From a virus (Duplodnaviria; Caudoviricetes): a DNA stretch of 53,870 nucleotides. The position numbers and the translations under genes are program-made. The stretch covers positions 1-53,870 of the IMG/VR virus record IMGVR_UViG_3300043119_000046. One strand, 5' to 3'. This document shows positions 38,653 to 47,769 of this stretch, in pieces. The notes beneath the pieces were generated by a model, which was not told where the DNA came from, did no database searches, and worked only from the letters and a program-made list of their open reading frames with translations. Position 1 is the stretch's first letter. The number at the start of each line of letters is the position of its first letter.

Positions 38653-38948
38653 TCCTTCAACCCCTTGATTAAAAATAACCCCCCTGCCCTACACATAGAA
38701 GGGTAGTCCAACTTTTTTAGTCTGTACATACTGCCAGCCATCAAGTCATCTACCTCAATCAAGTATTTGTGGATATGCTCTACCTGATCCCACTTAAGTA
38801 GCAACTCCTTTGACAGAGCATCGTAGTATTCATCAGAGAACATACTCTCGTTCTCGTGGTAGTACAAGTAGCTTGCCATAAGAAACCAAGGGATCATAAG
38901 GTTTGGCTTCACTGCGATAAACTCTTGGGCTTTCTTATCTAGGTTCAT
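38649..38948 (-). CDS. stand-alone NAD-dependent DNA ligase subdomain Ia-like protein
   Basis: ASYLYY....SMFSDEYYDAL.KEL resembles the LigA YY....P.ISD..YD.L motif. Confidence 0.6.
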   Translation of the reverse strand: MNLDKKAQEFIAVKPNLMIPWFLMASYLYYHENESMFSDEYYDALSKELLLKWDQVEHIHKYLIEVDDLMAGSMYRLKKLDYPSMCRAGGLFLIKGLKE

Positions 38949-38981
38949 TCTACGGTTCCTTTCGTAACACTGCGCCCACAG

Positions 38982-39323
38982 TCATGCCAATGCCCTCACG
39001 ACTGCTAGGAAGAGCGCATCTTTCTTGCGCTGAAATTCTGGCAGTTTGCTATACGGGACCATGCAGGGATGTGTCTTCTTCTCTAGGTCTTTGGTAGGTC
39101 CGTAGACCCACCCGTCTGCAATCTTGTCGGCCATCCAATTCTGGTGGCTCTCTTCTGGCGTGGCGTCTGGATACTTCAGCGCGTATTCTACGCCGTCAAT
39201 GGCGCTGTTGACTTGCCAGTCTAGGGCATCCCCCCATGTTGGTTGGCTGTAGTCATCGTTGGCCATGCACCAAGAGCGATTAGCATCGTGGCACACCTTA
39301 GCAATCAGGCTGATGTTCTTCAT
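38982..39323 (-). CDS. RyR-domain protein
   Basis: HQNWM..KI.DGW.YG..KD...KTHPC.VPY..LPE..R.KD. Confidence 0.75.
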   Translation of the reverse strand: MKNISLIAKVCHDANRSWCMANDDYSQPTWGDALDWQVNSAIDGVEYALKYPDATPEESHQNWMADKIADGWVYGPTKDLEKKTHPCMVPYSKLPEFQRKKDALFLAVVRALA

Positions 39324-39551
39324 TTACTCAATCCTAAACGCAACAAAGTCTTCTGGCTTGAACATTAGGGTCCAGAAAGATACATGCCGACCACCCTGAT
39401 CAATCGTATCGAAGATATCATTGACAATATCCTCTAGCTTACTGATGTCATCCATAAGGATAGGTGTCAGCAAGACCCAGCCAGCTTGGCTACGGGGTAA
39501 GCCATACAGATGCTTAGTGATTAACTCAGGCATAACTTTTAAGTCTGTCAT
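39324..39551 (-). CDS. hypothetical protein
   Basis: MTDLKVMPEL...; operon packing. Confidence 0.55.
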   Translation of the reverse strand: MTDLKVMPELITKHLYGLPRSQAGWVLLTPILMDDISKLEDIVNDIFDTIDQGGRHVSFWTLMFKPEDFVAFRIE

Positions 39552-39552
39552 G

Positions 39553-39762
39553 TTACCAGTTCTTTCTTGTTTTCCAGTAGGCCCAACACTCCAAGCAGTG
39601 ACTCTCACCAAAGAAGTAGTCGATCACTACGCAGAGGTTGGGCAGTTCATTACGCTGCCACTCATAATTCCTAGCACTGAACGTCTGGTTGTTGTCACCT
39701 CCAAGGATAACATTAAGCAATACGCTCAGTGCAACAATGATACGGTGAAAGTAGCGATACAT
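39553..39762 (-). CDS. conserved small phage protein
   Basis: SVLLNVILGG...QTFSAR...ID..F....HC motif. Confidence 0.65.
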   Translation of the reverse strand: MYRYFHRIIVALSVLLNVILGGDNNQTFSARNYEWQRNELPNLCVVIDYFFGESHCLECWAYWKTRKNW

Positions 39763-40841
39763 CAGGTCTTGTTCCCCTTTCGGATACCTTGTGCTGTCTT
39801 AGCACCGTTGTATGTGTGCCTCATGTATGGGTTGAGGCTACTGATGTTCTTATGCCCGGTCACCTGCATTATTCCAATACTATCCACGCCCGCTGCCACG
39901 AACTCATTGATAGCTGTCTTACGCAAGTGACCTATCTTCAAATCTTCTGGTAGCCCACACGCCACCTTGATAGAGCGAAGTATAGGACCAAAGTATACTG
40001 GTGTCAACGGAACATAAGCTCCGTCAGCTATACGATGGTGTGGGACCACTAACTTTTGGAACCCCCAGTCATCCTGTTGCTGCTTGAGCATACTCAACAG
40101 GGGTTCATCAATAGGTAGGAACACCTCGGCCCCACGCTTGGACTGCTTGATGGATACCCTAGCCGCAGTCAGGTCAACCTTGTCCCATGTCAGGTGGCAG
40201 ATGTCAGTAGGTCGTTGCGCCCACTCGTAGCACATCATCACGAGAAGCCCTACGTTTCTCCATTTGAAATCTTTGAAAGCTGTATCAAGGAACAACTCAA
40301 CCTGATCCTGTTTCCAGATGGGTGTCACTGGTTCGTGCTTGAGTTTCTTAACCTTTCCCATTGGGTTATCGTTCACAAGGTCTAGTGATCTGGCATAGTT
40401 TAGCACCACAGAGAATAGCCTAGCACGTTCATTGGCCTTAGCCACAGAGTGTTCAGATACCCACAGCTCATACGCCTCGTGGCACAGCTTGGCGGTCAGC
40501 TTGTTGATAGGTAGGTCACCTACCCACATGCCCGAAACCTTAAGTAACTCAGTCTCATATTTGATCTGAGAACTACTAGCAAGGGAAGCATACTGCTTGG
40601 ACAACAGGTAGTAGTTGATGATGTGTTTGACCTTGGACGTTGGCCCTACATTACCCTCTTTGATATAACCTTTACGGTATGCTGCTATCTTTTCGAGTAG
40701 TCGGGGTATCTCATAACGTGCAGCCCTACCATCCTCAAAGGTTTGAGAGCTAACAACACCAGCCTTCCTGACTTCCTCTGGTGGACTAAACCTATAGACA
40801 GTTGACCCATCCTTTAGGGTAACCTTTTTTGTATACTTCAT
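39762..40841 (-). CDS. tyrosine recombinase / integrase-family protein
   Basis: WAQR..D, KQSKRG, HLRKT and GH...Y (NPY) catalytic pattern. Confidence 0.85.
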   Translation of the reverse strand: MKYTKKVTLKDGSTVYRFSPPEEVRKAGVVSSQTFEDGRAARYEIPRLLEKIAAYRKGYIKEGNVGPTSKVKHIINYYLLSKQYASLASSSQIKYETELLKVSGMWVGDLPINKLTAKLCHEAYELWVSEHSVAKANERARLFSVVLNYARSLDLVNDNPMGKVKKLKHEPVTPIWKQDQVELFLDTAFKDFKWRNVGLLVMMCYEWAQRPTDICHLTWDKVDLTAARVSIKQSKRGAEVFLPIDEPLLSMLKQQQDDWGFQKLVVPHHRIADGAYVPLTPVYFGPILRSIKVACGLPEDLKIGHLRKTAINEFVAAGVDSIGIMQVTGHKNISSLNPYMRHTYNGAKTAQGIRKGNKT

Positions 40842-40952
40842 GGTGTTTCCTTTTGTGTGAGGGTAGCACTTGCATAAGTCATCATCATGTGCTACCCTCT
40901 ATCTCTTTATGTATTACTTAAGTTATTATCTCTTAAAGATAAGATACTTAAG

Positions 40953-41162
40953 TTAAACATAAGGTGTCTCTTTAGGCATAATCATAGAGAGAACCTTATC
41001 TGTGTGTAGTATATTACCACTTGCGTCTTGCACTGCATGGTAGATGGTGATACTATTACCCTCTAGGCTTTCTTCTCTGCCAAAGGAGACAGCCTCAGCC
41101 AACCCATCAAGGATTGACCTAGCTACCACACCTACTTCATCTCTCACGATAACACTATACAT
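40953..41162 (-). CDS. hypothetical protein
   Basis: 69 aa, AGGA upstream. Confidence 0.55.
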   Translation of the reverse strand: MYSVIVRDEVGVVARSILDGLAEAVSFGREESLEGNSITIYHAVQDASGNILHTDKVLSMIMPKETPYV

Positions 41163-41242
41163 CTTCCTGTCCTATGCAAAGATCATCAGGAATACTGCTG
41201 CAAAGAACATTATCCCTAACACTTCTGGAAGTATTGCCAACA

Positions 41243-42109
41243 TCAGTTCGCACACCAGCAGTCTGGATCACCACACTTACCAGCATCATCCTCTTCATCA
41301 TCCCAGAAGTCGGTATCTTCTTCATCAGGGTAGTTGAAGTCATCCTCAAGAGAGTAGTAATCCCCATACATCTCACTGTCAAGGATTTCTGGGATACGTG
41401 CTGGCTCAATCTCCTCGACCACCTTATACTCACACACCCGCATCTTAGCAAAGTTGTAGTCGTAGGGAACCGCAACCACATTGGCAGGGTTAACCTCAAC
41501 CACCACCGTGCGGGACTTGGCTGCGTCAGCGAAGTGGGTCAGATACTGATCAGCACATACGTGTAGGCCAGAGGAACAGGTGTGCTGTGGGTCGTCGTCA
41601 ACCTTCGCACGGTCCATCTGAACCACAGTGCCTACGCTGTTATCCATAGTCCCAGAGTGAATGTCCTTCCAGTCCTGACGGATACGCTTGAAGGCAATGA
41701 AGTTACCCTCTGGTGTAATCGGTGCGTTGAAGTTCTCTAAGAAACCGAACAGGCATTCCCGTGAACGGAAGGATGGGTTCAGCATCAGCTTCTCAAGGAA
41801 CTTGACCCACGGTGTAGCATCGAAGCCACCATCAAGTAGGTTCAACAGCTTGTTGGTCAAGGCATTGTTAAGCTCTTGATTCTCATAGTATACCGTGCCG
41901 TGGATGATCTCGACCTTAGAACCAGCAGCAGAGTCACGGATGTTCTGTTCACGATCTGCCAACTTGACGATCTTCACAGGATCATGCTCGGACCCTCGAA
42001 GGTGTTCACACAGCAAGTCGAAGTTCTTATGTCCAGCGAGGACAGTTAGCATCTTACCACCAGCAAAGACGGTGATGCTATCGGGGGAGAGAGTATATGG
42101 AATACGCAT
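41243..42109 (-). CDS. rIIB: rIIB-like protein
   Basis: NPS, ITPEG.FIAFK, D.HSG, CS.GLH, VVAVPYDYN..KMRVC.Y.VV. Confidence 0.88.
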   Translation of the reverse strand: MRIPYTLSPDSITVFAGGKMLTVLAGHKNFDLLCEHLRGSEHDPVKIVKLADREQNIRDSAAGSKVEIIHGTVYYENQELNNALTNKLLNLLDGGFDATPWVKFLEKLMLNPSFRSRECLFGFLENFNAPITPEGNFIAFKRIRQDWKDIHSGTMDNSVGTVVQMDRAKVDDDPQHTCSSGLHVCADQYLTHFADAAKSRTVVVEVNPANVVAVPYDYNFAKMRVCEYKVVEEIEPARIPEILDSEMYGDYYSLEDDFNYPDEEDTDFWDDEEDDAGKCGDPDCWCAN

Positions 42110-42118
42110 GGTTGCTCC

Positions 42119-44062
42119 TTATGCGTTGTCGATGAGGTTGACGTAGGTTAGGAAGTGATGCTTGATCTTATCACTCCCATCGTATAACTTCAACAGGGGA
42201 TACTTGTCAAGAATTTTACTGTATTCTTCAAGAACCTTGTCGTTGTTAATTACTGGTAGACCAAGGCGCTGGAACTGTTTGTCCCACACACTACGACCTA
42301 ATCCCATAAACTGGGTGTTAGCTGATCCTTCTGTCAGGCAGGAGAACTGTCCAAGCAGACCTTTACTACTACCCATTCCGCACAGCTTTGTGAAAGGGTA
42401 TTGAGCATACTGGTTTCCCAATACGATCTGTGCTGGTGCATGATACTGCTTAACCATAGCGTCTACCTTTAGCATTAGCAGCTTCCATTGTGTTGCAGCC
42501 TCAAACTTCTTCCACATGGGCTTAGGCACGAGGATGATTGGCATACCCAACTGCTGCTCAATGAAGGTCCGCATTTGCATAAGGGTTTCAGGGTAAGCTC
42601 CACCTTCCATGTGGTAGTAGTATCCACCCCTGTCGAAGTCCTCAGCGGATAGGTCATGGTCAACCCTACGATCCCTATTAAGAGTAGACACAGACAGCTT
42701 ACCTCGTGCTGCTGACTTAACTGGGCCAGTGTCAGGCAAGTCCTTGACGTATACTACTGGGTAGTCAACCTCGTGGATCAACTGGTCAAGGCTGGACTTC
42801 TGCGTTGGGTCAGACATATCTGCCTTCACCCAGATATAACGCTCACCACCCTTGATGTTAGAAGCAATACGGGTGGCTGCTCGTGCGTTAGTCTTCTTGT
42901 CCTTCAAGTCCTGCACATAGATGTAATAGTCATACCCTGCGTAGACTTCCTTATCAAGGCCAAAGCCAACACTCTTACCATAGTAGCTCTTGCTACCCAC
43001 ATGGAGAGATAGCTTGGGATACGTCAGATCGGTAGCCTTGATCTTAATAGGGTTGCCACCCCACTTAAGTGTGACATCACCCAAGACCCGAAAGAACTTT
43101 ACTGCCAGCTTGTTAGCACGAAACAGTGTAGGCTGAGCGTCAAGCTCCTTCTGTGCAGTGTCCACCATACCCTGCTTGACTACCCGAAGTTTCTTCTCAA
43201 GGCTCTTAACTGTGGGATCGTTAGCACCATAGCTTAGTGACTCACGAGAGGCAGTGACTTCCAGATCACCAATGTCAAACTCATAGATGATGTTGCGATT
43301 GTTACTTGGCAATAGACCCGTAGGGATAGAAGCACTAGAGATAGGATAGAGAACACACCCCATCTGTGCATAAGGTCCATTCAGTCGGCTGTCCTTGTAG
43401 AAGTAGTAGCCATCACCACTGAGGCTCTTCTCAATGGGTTGGAACTGCTTCTCCTGCGAGTTCTTTACCTTAGGTGGAACCTTGAAGCCGTAGGACACAA
43501 CCTCTGCTGCACGTTGGAACAGTGGGATGTCCTCACGCTTGACGGGGAAGGATACCTCAAGCCCATCAGGCTCATTGGTTGGCATAGGTTCAGACAGAAC
43601 GTGAAGCTGCGGTGATCCATCAGGTCCAAGCTGGATGGAGTAGTATGCCACCATGCCCTTGTGACGGGACACTACAGAGAACGTATCGGTGTATGACATG
43701 GGTGACATACGGCCCACACCCCACTTGCCTACAGCCTTGTTGGTGTCCTCCTTGGTGGAGTGACCAAGCACCGTGTAGAAACCCTCCATGTTCTCATGTG
43801 CTATGCCTGCACCGAAGTCACGGCATGAGAACGTAGGGGTCAATGATGTGGGGAAGCTGACCTCGAAGGGAACATCCTGCTTGCCAATCATTGAGTGTGC
43901 ATCAAAAGCATTTGACCAAATCTCACGAGTGATTGACTGTGGCTTGTTTGAGTAGAGGCCAGAGATAACCATGTGAAACATCTTGCCTGATGCTTGGATC
44001 GTGAAGTCCTTAGATGAGTGGCTGTTGTTATCAACCACACGAAGATTGGTGTTCGTCTGCAT
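42119..44062 (-). CDS. rIIA: rIIA-like protein (GHKL ATPase N-terminus)
   Basis: LYSNK....REIWSNAFD, RDFGAGI, STK, G..GVG..SP.SYTD.F, SRESLS; adjacent to rIIB. Confidence 0.88.
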   Translation of the reverse strand: MQTNTNLRVVDNNSHSSKDFTIQASGKMFHMVISGLYSNKPQSITREIWSNAFDAHSMIGKQDVPFEVSFPTSLTPTFSCRDFGAGIAHENMEGFYTVLGHSTKEDTNKAVGKWGVGRMSPMSYTDTFSVVSRHKGMVAYYSIQLGPDGSPQLHVLSEPMPTNEPDGLEVSFPVKREDIPLFQRAAEVVSYGFKVPPKVKNSQEKQFQPIEKSLSGDGYYFYKDSRLNGPYAQMGCVLYPISSASIPTGLLPSNNRNIIYEFDIGDLEVTASRESLSYGANDPTVKSLEKKLRVVKQGMVDTAQKELDAQPTLFRANKLAVKFFRVLGDVTLKWGGNPIKIKATDLTYPKLSLHVGSKSYYGKSVGFGLDKEVYAGYDYYIYVQDLKDKKTNARAATRIASNIKGGERYIWVKADMSDPTQKSSLDQLIHEVDYPVVYVKDLPDTGPVKSAARGKLSVSTLNRDRRVDHDLSAEDFDRGGYYYHMEGGAYPETLMQMRTFIEQQLGMPIILVPKPMWKKFEAATQWKLLMLKVDAMVKQYHAPAQIVLGNQYAQYPFTKLCGMGSSKGLLGQFSCLTEGSANTQFMGLGRSVWDKQFQRLGLPVINNDKVLEEYSKILDKYPLLKLYDGSDKIKHHFLTYVNLIDNA

Positions 44063-44126
44063 GATTTACTCCATCGACATATCATTGCGTTAAGGTTAAC
44101 AGTGTTAACCTATTGTTATCTGCTGG

Positions 44127-44828
44127 TCAAGGCCTTTTGTTTGCCTCGAAGACAGCTTGTGCAAACCCTCGTGGGGTAGCACTACGAATGTTCTTGGTCT
44201 TCATACTCTTGCCACCCAACTTGCGGTGCTGTGTGCTGTATCCTGCCTCAACGACAACAGGCATAGGAGTGGGCATCTTGAACCCACCACCTACCCACAG
44301 GCAGGTCTTCTTGGGATAGGCATCACGGGGTGCAATATAGTCAGGCCATGTGGGATGCTCTACCTCATCCTCTGGGATATACCCACCATACTCATAAGGG
44401 TTGAACATATGGTCAGGCCTACGCCATAAGGTAGACAGCACAGACACAGGGTTCTCCACAAAGAATGGCACACGTAACTTACTAAAGAAACTAGAGCAAA
44501 GCATAGCGTGCCATACTGCTTTCTTTTGGAAGTCAGGGTCAATCTTACGCTTTGCCTCGAACCATGCAGCACCAGACACAGCCATGTCAGTGCATACTGG
44601 GAAGGCCATGCCAAACACCACAGGTTTGTGGAGGTAACTCTGGCAGAGGTCGCCAGTAGCCTTGTAGTTATACAGGTCAGCATGGAGGTAGTGGATAGAC
44701 CCACCACTAGGGAAGCGGTCACCCTTAGTGCCATCATGCTGGATGTCATAGCAGTGGCACTCATAGCCAGCCTTAGCCCAAGGCTTCACTGCCTCACCAG
44801 TGTAATCATATAGGGATATTACTATCAT
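44127..44828 (-). CDS. C5 cytosine DNA methyltransferase-like protein
   Basis: FPVCTD (motif IV-like), ENP (motif VI), KKTCLW, RSATP.GFA; motif I is atypical (LYDYTG). Confidence 0.72.
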   Translation of the reverse strand: MIVISLYDYTGEAVKPWAKAGYECHCYDIQHDGTKGDRFPSGGSIHYLHADLYNYKATGDLCQSYLHKPVVFGMAFPVCTDMAVSGAAWFEAKRKIDPDFQKKAVWHAMLCSSFFSKLRVPFFVENPVSVLSTLWRRPDHMFNPYEYGGYIPEDEVEHPTWPDYIAPRDAYPKKTCLWVGGGFKMPTPMPVVVEAGYSTQHRKLGGKSMKTKNIRSATPRGFAQAVFEANKRP

Positions 44829-44838
44829 CACACTTTCC

Positions 44839-45186
44839 TCACTCTCGGTAGAACACATGGTTTCCATAGCTGCCCAGCTTAGTCATATGCTTGGCCCAGT
44901 AGGGTGTCACTGACTTAGCATGATAGTAGGTAGCGTCACTGCACATGATGCACCCATTGTCGATTATGTCAGAGGCTAGGACATAAGCCTCATAGAATGC
45001 CCCTGAGTCGTTTATAGTTAAGTCCTTATCGTTTGTCCAGCTAAATTGTCTAGGCTCAAATACTGTGGCACAGATGTCACTACCCCTATTGAGAGTAACC
45101 TCGGCCACCAGTATCTGCCCGTCAACAGGCTCACCCCTTGCCTCGAAGTATATGTTAGATGCTAGGCATAGGGCTGCTAAGATCAT
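44839..45186 (-). CDS. cell wall hydrolase (SleB / Hydrolase_2)
   Basis: CLASNIYFEARGE...VAEV..NR, QFSW, YYHA..V.PYW, GNHVFY. Confidence 0.9.
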   Translation of the reverse strand: MILAALCLASNIYFEARGEPVDGQILVAEVTLNRGSDICATVFEPRQFSWTNDKDLTINDSGAFYEAYVLASDIIDNGCIMCSDATYYHAKSVTPYWAKHMTKLGSYGNHVFYRE

Positions 45187-45488
45187 TCTGTTTTCTCCAT
45201 CAGTTCAACCTCAAGTTCTCTGACACGGGATCGAAGTCCTTCAAGCAACTTGAAGGTGACATCGCTATGATAATCAACACCCCATTTGATACGCTTGGTC
45301 AACTCTGTGATAGGTGTGTGTTCGTCACCCATGCCAGCACCAAGATATAGTGCCAGTGCAGATAGTTCCTCACGGATGTCATTGATGTCTGCCTTAGTCA
45401 CTTCGTTATCGGTCCACTCGTAGATGATCCCAAGGCAAACCCCGATCACCAATGCAGCAACCAATAGTAGGATGTATGGTAAGGTCAT
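45183..45488 (-). CDS. hypothetical membrane-anchored protein
   Basis: N-terminal hydrophobic helix; ATGA overlaps. Confidence 0.6.
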   Translation of the reverse strand: MTLPYILLLVAALVIGVCLGIIYEWTDNEVTKADINDIREELSALALYLGAGMGDEHTPITELTKRIKWGVDYHSDVTFKLLEGLRSRVRELEVELMEKTE

Positions 45489-45826
45489 TCTGCTTTCTCC
45501 AGTTCATCGAGAAAGTCTTTGGCGGTATCTAAAATGATGTGCCATTCGTTGTCGTCTTCATTGCCGTCTGGAGCAATGGCGACCATACAAGCAATGACAT
45601 TGAAGGCTTGACCTAGCTTGGAATCTGCGGCATCTTCGCGCTTACGCCAAAACTCCTCGCATTCCCCTTTCCAGCGGTGGTTATCACTCACCAACTGCTC
45701 GTTAGTCGCAACAAGTTGCTCAATGCGGTCGGCGGCAAGCCCTTCTAGTGATTTAGTCAAAAATGTTCTATCACGCAGCGCCTTTATCAGTTCTTCATCG
45801 TTAAGCGCAGCTTCACTGCTAGTCAT
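45485..45826 (-). CDS. hypothetical protein
   Basis: DEELIK.LR...AADRIEQL phage motif. Confidence 0.6.
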   Translation of the reverse strand: MTSSEAALNDEELIKALRDRTFLTKSLEGLAADRIEQLVATNEQLVSDNHRWKGECEEFWRKREDAADSKLGQAFNVIACMVAIAPDGNEDDNEWHIILDTAKDFLDELEKAE

Positions 45827-46170
45827 TTCTTCTCTCCAATCAGTGCTAGGATTGCGTGATTTATATTAACAGCAACAAATAACCTTGACTGCCAATCACG
45901 CTTTTCTTTTTCATCTTTGGCGTTACGCATTCCCTCGCCAAGAACATCAGACACACGCTGTGCCACTGCCGCAGCCTCACGCAGCGCAGCATTGCGAATA
46001 GCAATCTTATCAGCTTCCCTGACCTCACGGATGAAGGCTATTTCAGGTTCAACAAGATCAGCACGGATATATTCTGATGCTAGATCAAATGGAAACTTTT
46101 TAAGTCCGCCTGATACCACTTCATATTCAGTGTCATACCAAGCCCAAATACGATCTGGATGGTTATTCAT
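45823..46170 (-). CDS. hypothetical protein
   Basis: PDRIWA...EYIRADL...RNAALREAA phage motifs. Confidence 0.6.
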   Translation of the reverse strand: MNNHPDRIWAWYDTEYEVVSGGLKKFPFDLASEYIRADLVEPEIAFIREVREADKIAIRNAALREAAAVAQRVSDVLGEGMRNAKDEKEKRDWQSRLFVAVNINHAILALIGEKK

Positions 46171-46301
46171 TCCCATATCCCCGCCTCTATTGCATAAGTT
46201 TCATAGTGCTTATCTACTTGCACCTGATACCATGCCTGTGCTTGTGGCACAAGGTTAAGCAAGAGGTAAAGGATGATAGTAATGTCACGAAGTTTAGTCA
46301 T
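46167..46301 (-). CDS. small hypothetical protein with hydrophobic N-terminus (44 aa)
   Basis: Hand translation MTKLRDITIILYLLL...; GGAG RBS. Confidence 0.5.
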   Translation of the reverse strand: MTKLRDITIILYLLLNLVPQAQAWYQVQVDKHYETYAIEAGIWE

Positions 46302-46313
46302 AGCTTTCTCCCC

Positions 46314-46514
46314 TCACTGATAAAAGGTTGATGGATAGTCGATCACACAGAACAGGTCATAGCTTTCCCATTCCTCTAGCACAGAGTCCTCACTCTCTGC
46401 CGCAAGCATCACCCAATCATGTGGTGTCATAAGGTGTGGATCAGTGTCAGTCTCTACCTTAGACTGCGTGACTTCACCATCAGCACCAGCCCAAACTACA
46501 AAATATTCACTCAT
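46314..46514 (-). CDS. acidic early protein
   Basis: AAGGAG RBS. Confidence 0.6.
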   Translation of the reverse strand: MSEYFVVWAGADGEVTQSKVETDTDPHLMTPHDWVMLAAESEDSVLEEWESYDLFCVIDYPSTFYQ

Positions 46515-46525
46515 GTTGTCTCTCC

Positions 46526-46693
46526 TTAATCACAGGTTGAATAGCGGCTTGCATCACAAACCCACACATCTTTGGTTGCATTATAGTATACTCGATAGCT
46601 AGGGTTATAGCCCCATCCCCAAGCAGTCTTGAACGTCTCACCTTTAGACTTTGCATCAAGGCTTGTCAAGTGTTCTGTTTCTTCATGTATCAT
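46526..46693 (-). CDS. hypothetical early protein (55 aa)
   Basis: Hand translation MIHEETEHL...WGYNP...SRYSTCD; ATGA coupling. Confidence 0.55.
   Translation of the reverse strand: MIHEETEHLTSLDAKSKGETFKTAWGWGYNPSYRVYYNATKDVWVCDASRYSTCD
46641..46669 (-). promoter_or_regulatory. possible internal early promoter
   Basis: TTGACA-17-TAAAGG. Confidence 0.45.
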
Positions 46694-46893
46694 TCTGTCA
46701 CCCCTTGTGCAATCAGCATCTGTTGTTCAGCGTAGGTGATAGCACCCACCCCAATGACACCCTTTGGCGGATTATGCAGCGCCCCAAAGTAAACCTTGGC
46801 CAGCTTGGCTAGGTTATCCTTATCATCTTGGGGTAGACTACCCCATGCACCAGCCGCAAGTGATAGGTCTTTTACATTATGGTAAAACATCAT
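46690..46893 (-). CDS. hypothetical early protein
   Basis: GAGGA RBS then MMFYHNVKD... Confidence 0.6.
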   Translation of the reverse strand: MMFYHNVKDLSLAAGAWGSLPQDDKDNLAKLAKVYFGALHNPPKGVIGVGAITYAEQQMLIAQGVTE

Positions 46894-46960
46894 AGTAATG
46901 TCCTCTCGGTTGGTTGCCTTATCATTGCACCCTAAGACTAGCCTAAGGTGCAATAATCTG

Positions 46961-47668
46961 TCAACCGATAACAAAACCGCTTGTATCCTTGCGCGCCTTA
47001 CCTTTGGCATACAAGGCAACTATCACACCCTTGGGATCAAGGAACCGCAGATCATCCTTGTCGCCATCAACCACAGGCAAGCCCAAGTATTCCTTGGGGA
47101 TCATGTCAGCCTTGCGCCATACCACAGCGATATTCAGACCATTAACCTTGGCGATAGCGTGTTGCTTGGCATAGGCATCACTTGCCCCGCTATAAGACCA
47201 TGTAAGGTGATAGTTAGGCACAGACACCTTGCGGTTGGCGATCTTAGTATAGTCATAGAATTGCACCATAGGGAATGCGGCAAAGATACTCGCAAAGCCA
47301 TTCACCTTGATCAATTCCCAACGAATATCACTTGTGCCATTGAGGCGCACACAAGGCGTCACCCCTAGCTTGTCACAGAACCGCACAAAGGATGCTATAT
47401 CCTTATACAGTTGATCCATAAACCCCAAGCGATCACTAGCAAACCATTGTGTTTTCCTGGCACGACCAGCTTGCACAGAATTGAATGCACCCCGACCAGC
47501 ACTATTCAAGCACCCCTCGATACACCCCGCTTGTTCAGCCATAGGGCATACATTGATCCCCGCAGATTTCCAAGGCGTCAGATACATGATAGCCGTGACG
47601 TATTCAGACCCGTCCCCTTTGCGTGTCTTTGCGTTAGACCCCGCGCTTAACAAATTACCTTTCCACAT
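46961..47668 (-). CDS. GP88-like radical SAM-related protein
   Basis: CP......C...CL...GRG, RLNGTSD, FYDYTK, NYHLT.SYS, DDLRFLD. Confidence 0.7.
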   Translation of the reverse strand: MWKGNLLSAGSNAKTRKGDGSEYVTAIMYLTPWKSAGINVCPMAEQAGCIEGCLNSAGRGAFNSVQAGRARKTQWFASDRLGFMDQLYKDIASFVRFCDKLGVTPCVRLNGTSDIRWELIKVNGFASIFAAFPMVQFYDYTKIANRKVSVPNYHLTWSYSGASDAYAKQHAIAKVNGLNIAVVWRKADMIPKEYLGLPVVDGDKDDLRFLDPKGVIVALYAKGKARKDTSGFVIG

Positions 47669-47769
47669 AGTCAAACCCCTTTGGTTGGTTGCCTTATCTG
47701 ATTACACTAGGGGAGGAGCTAGTGTAATCATTAAATCAACCTCCTATACTTTAGGGTATAATCCCTATG

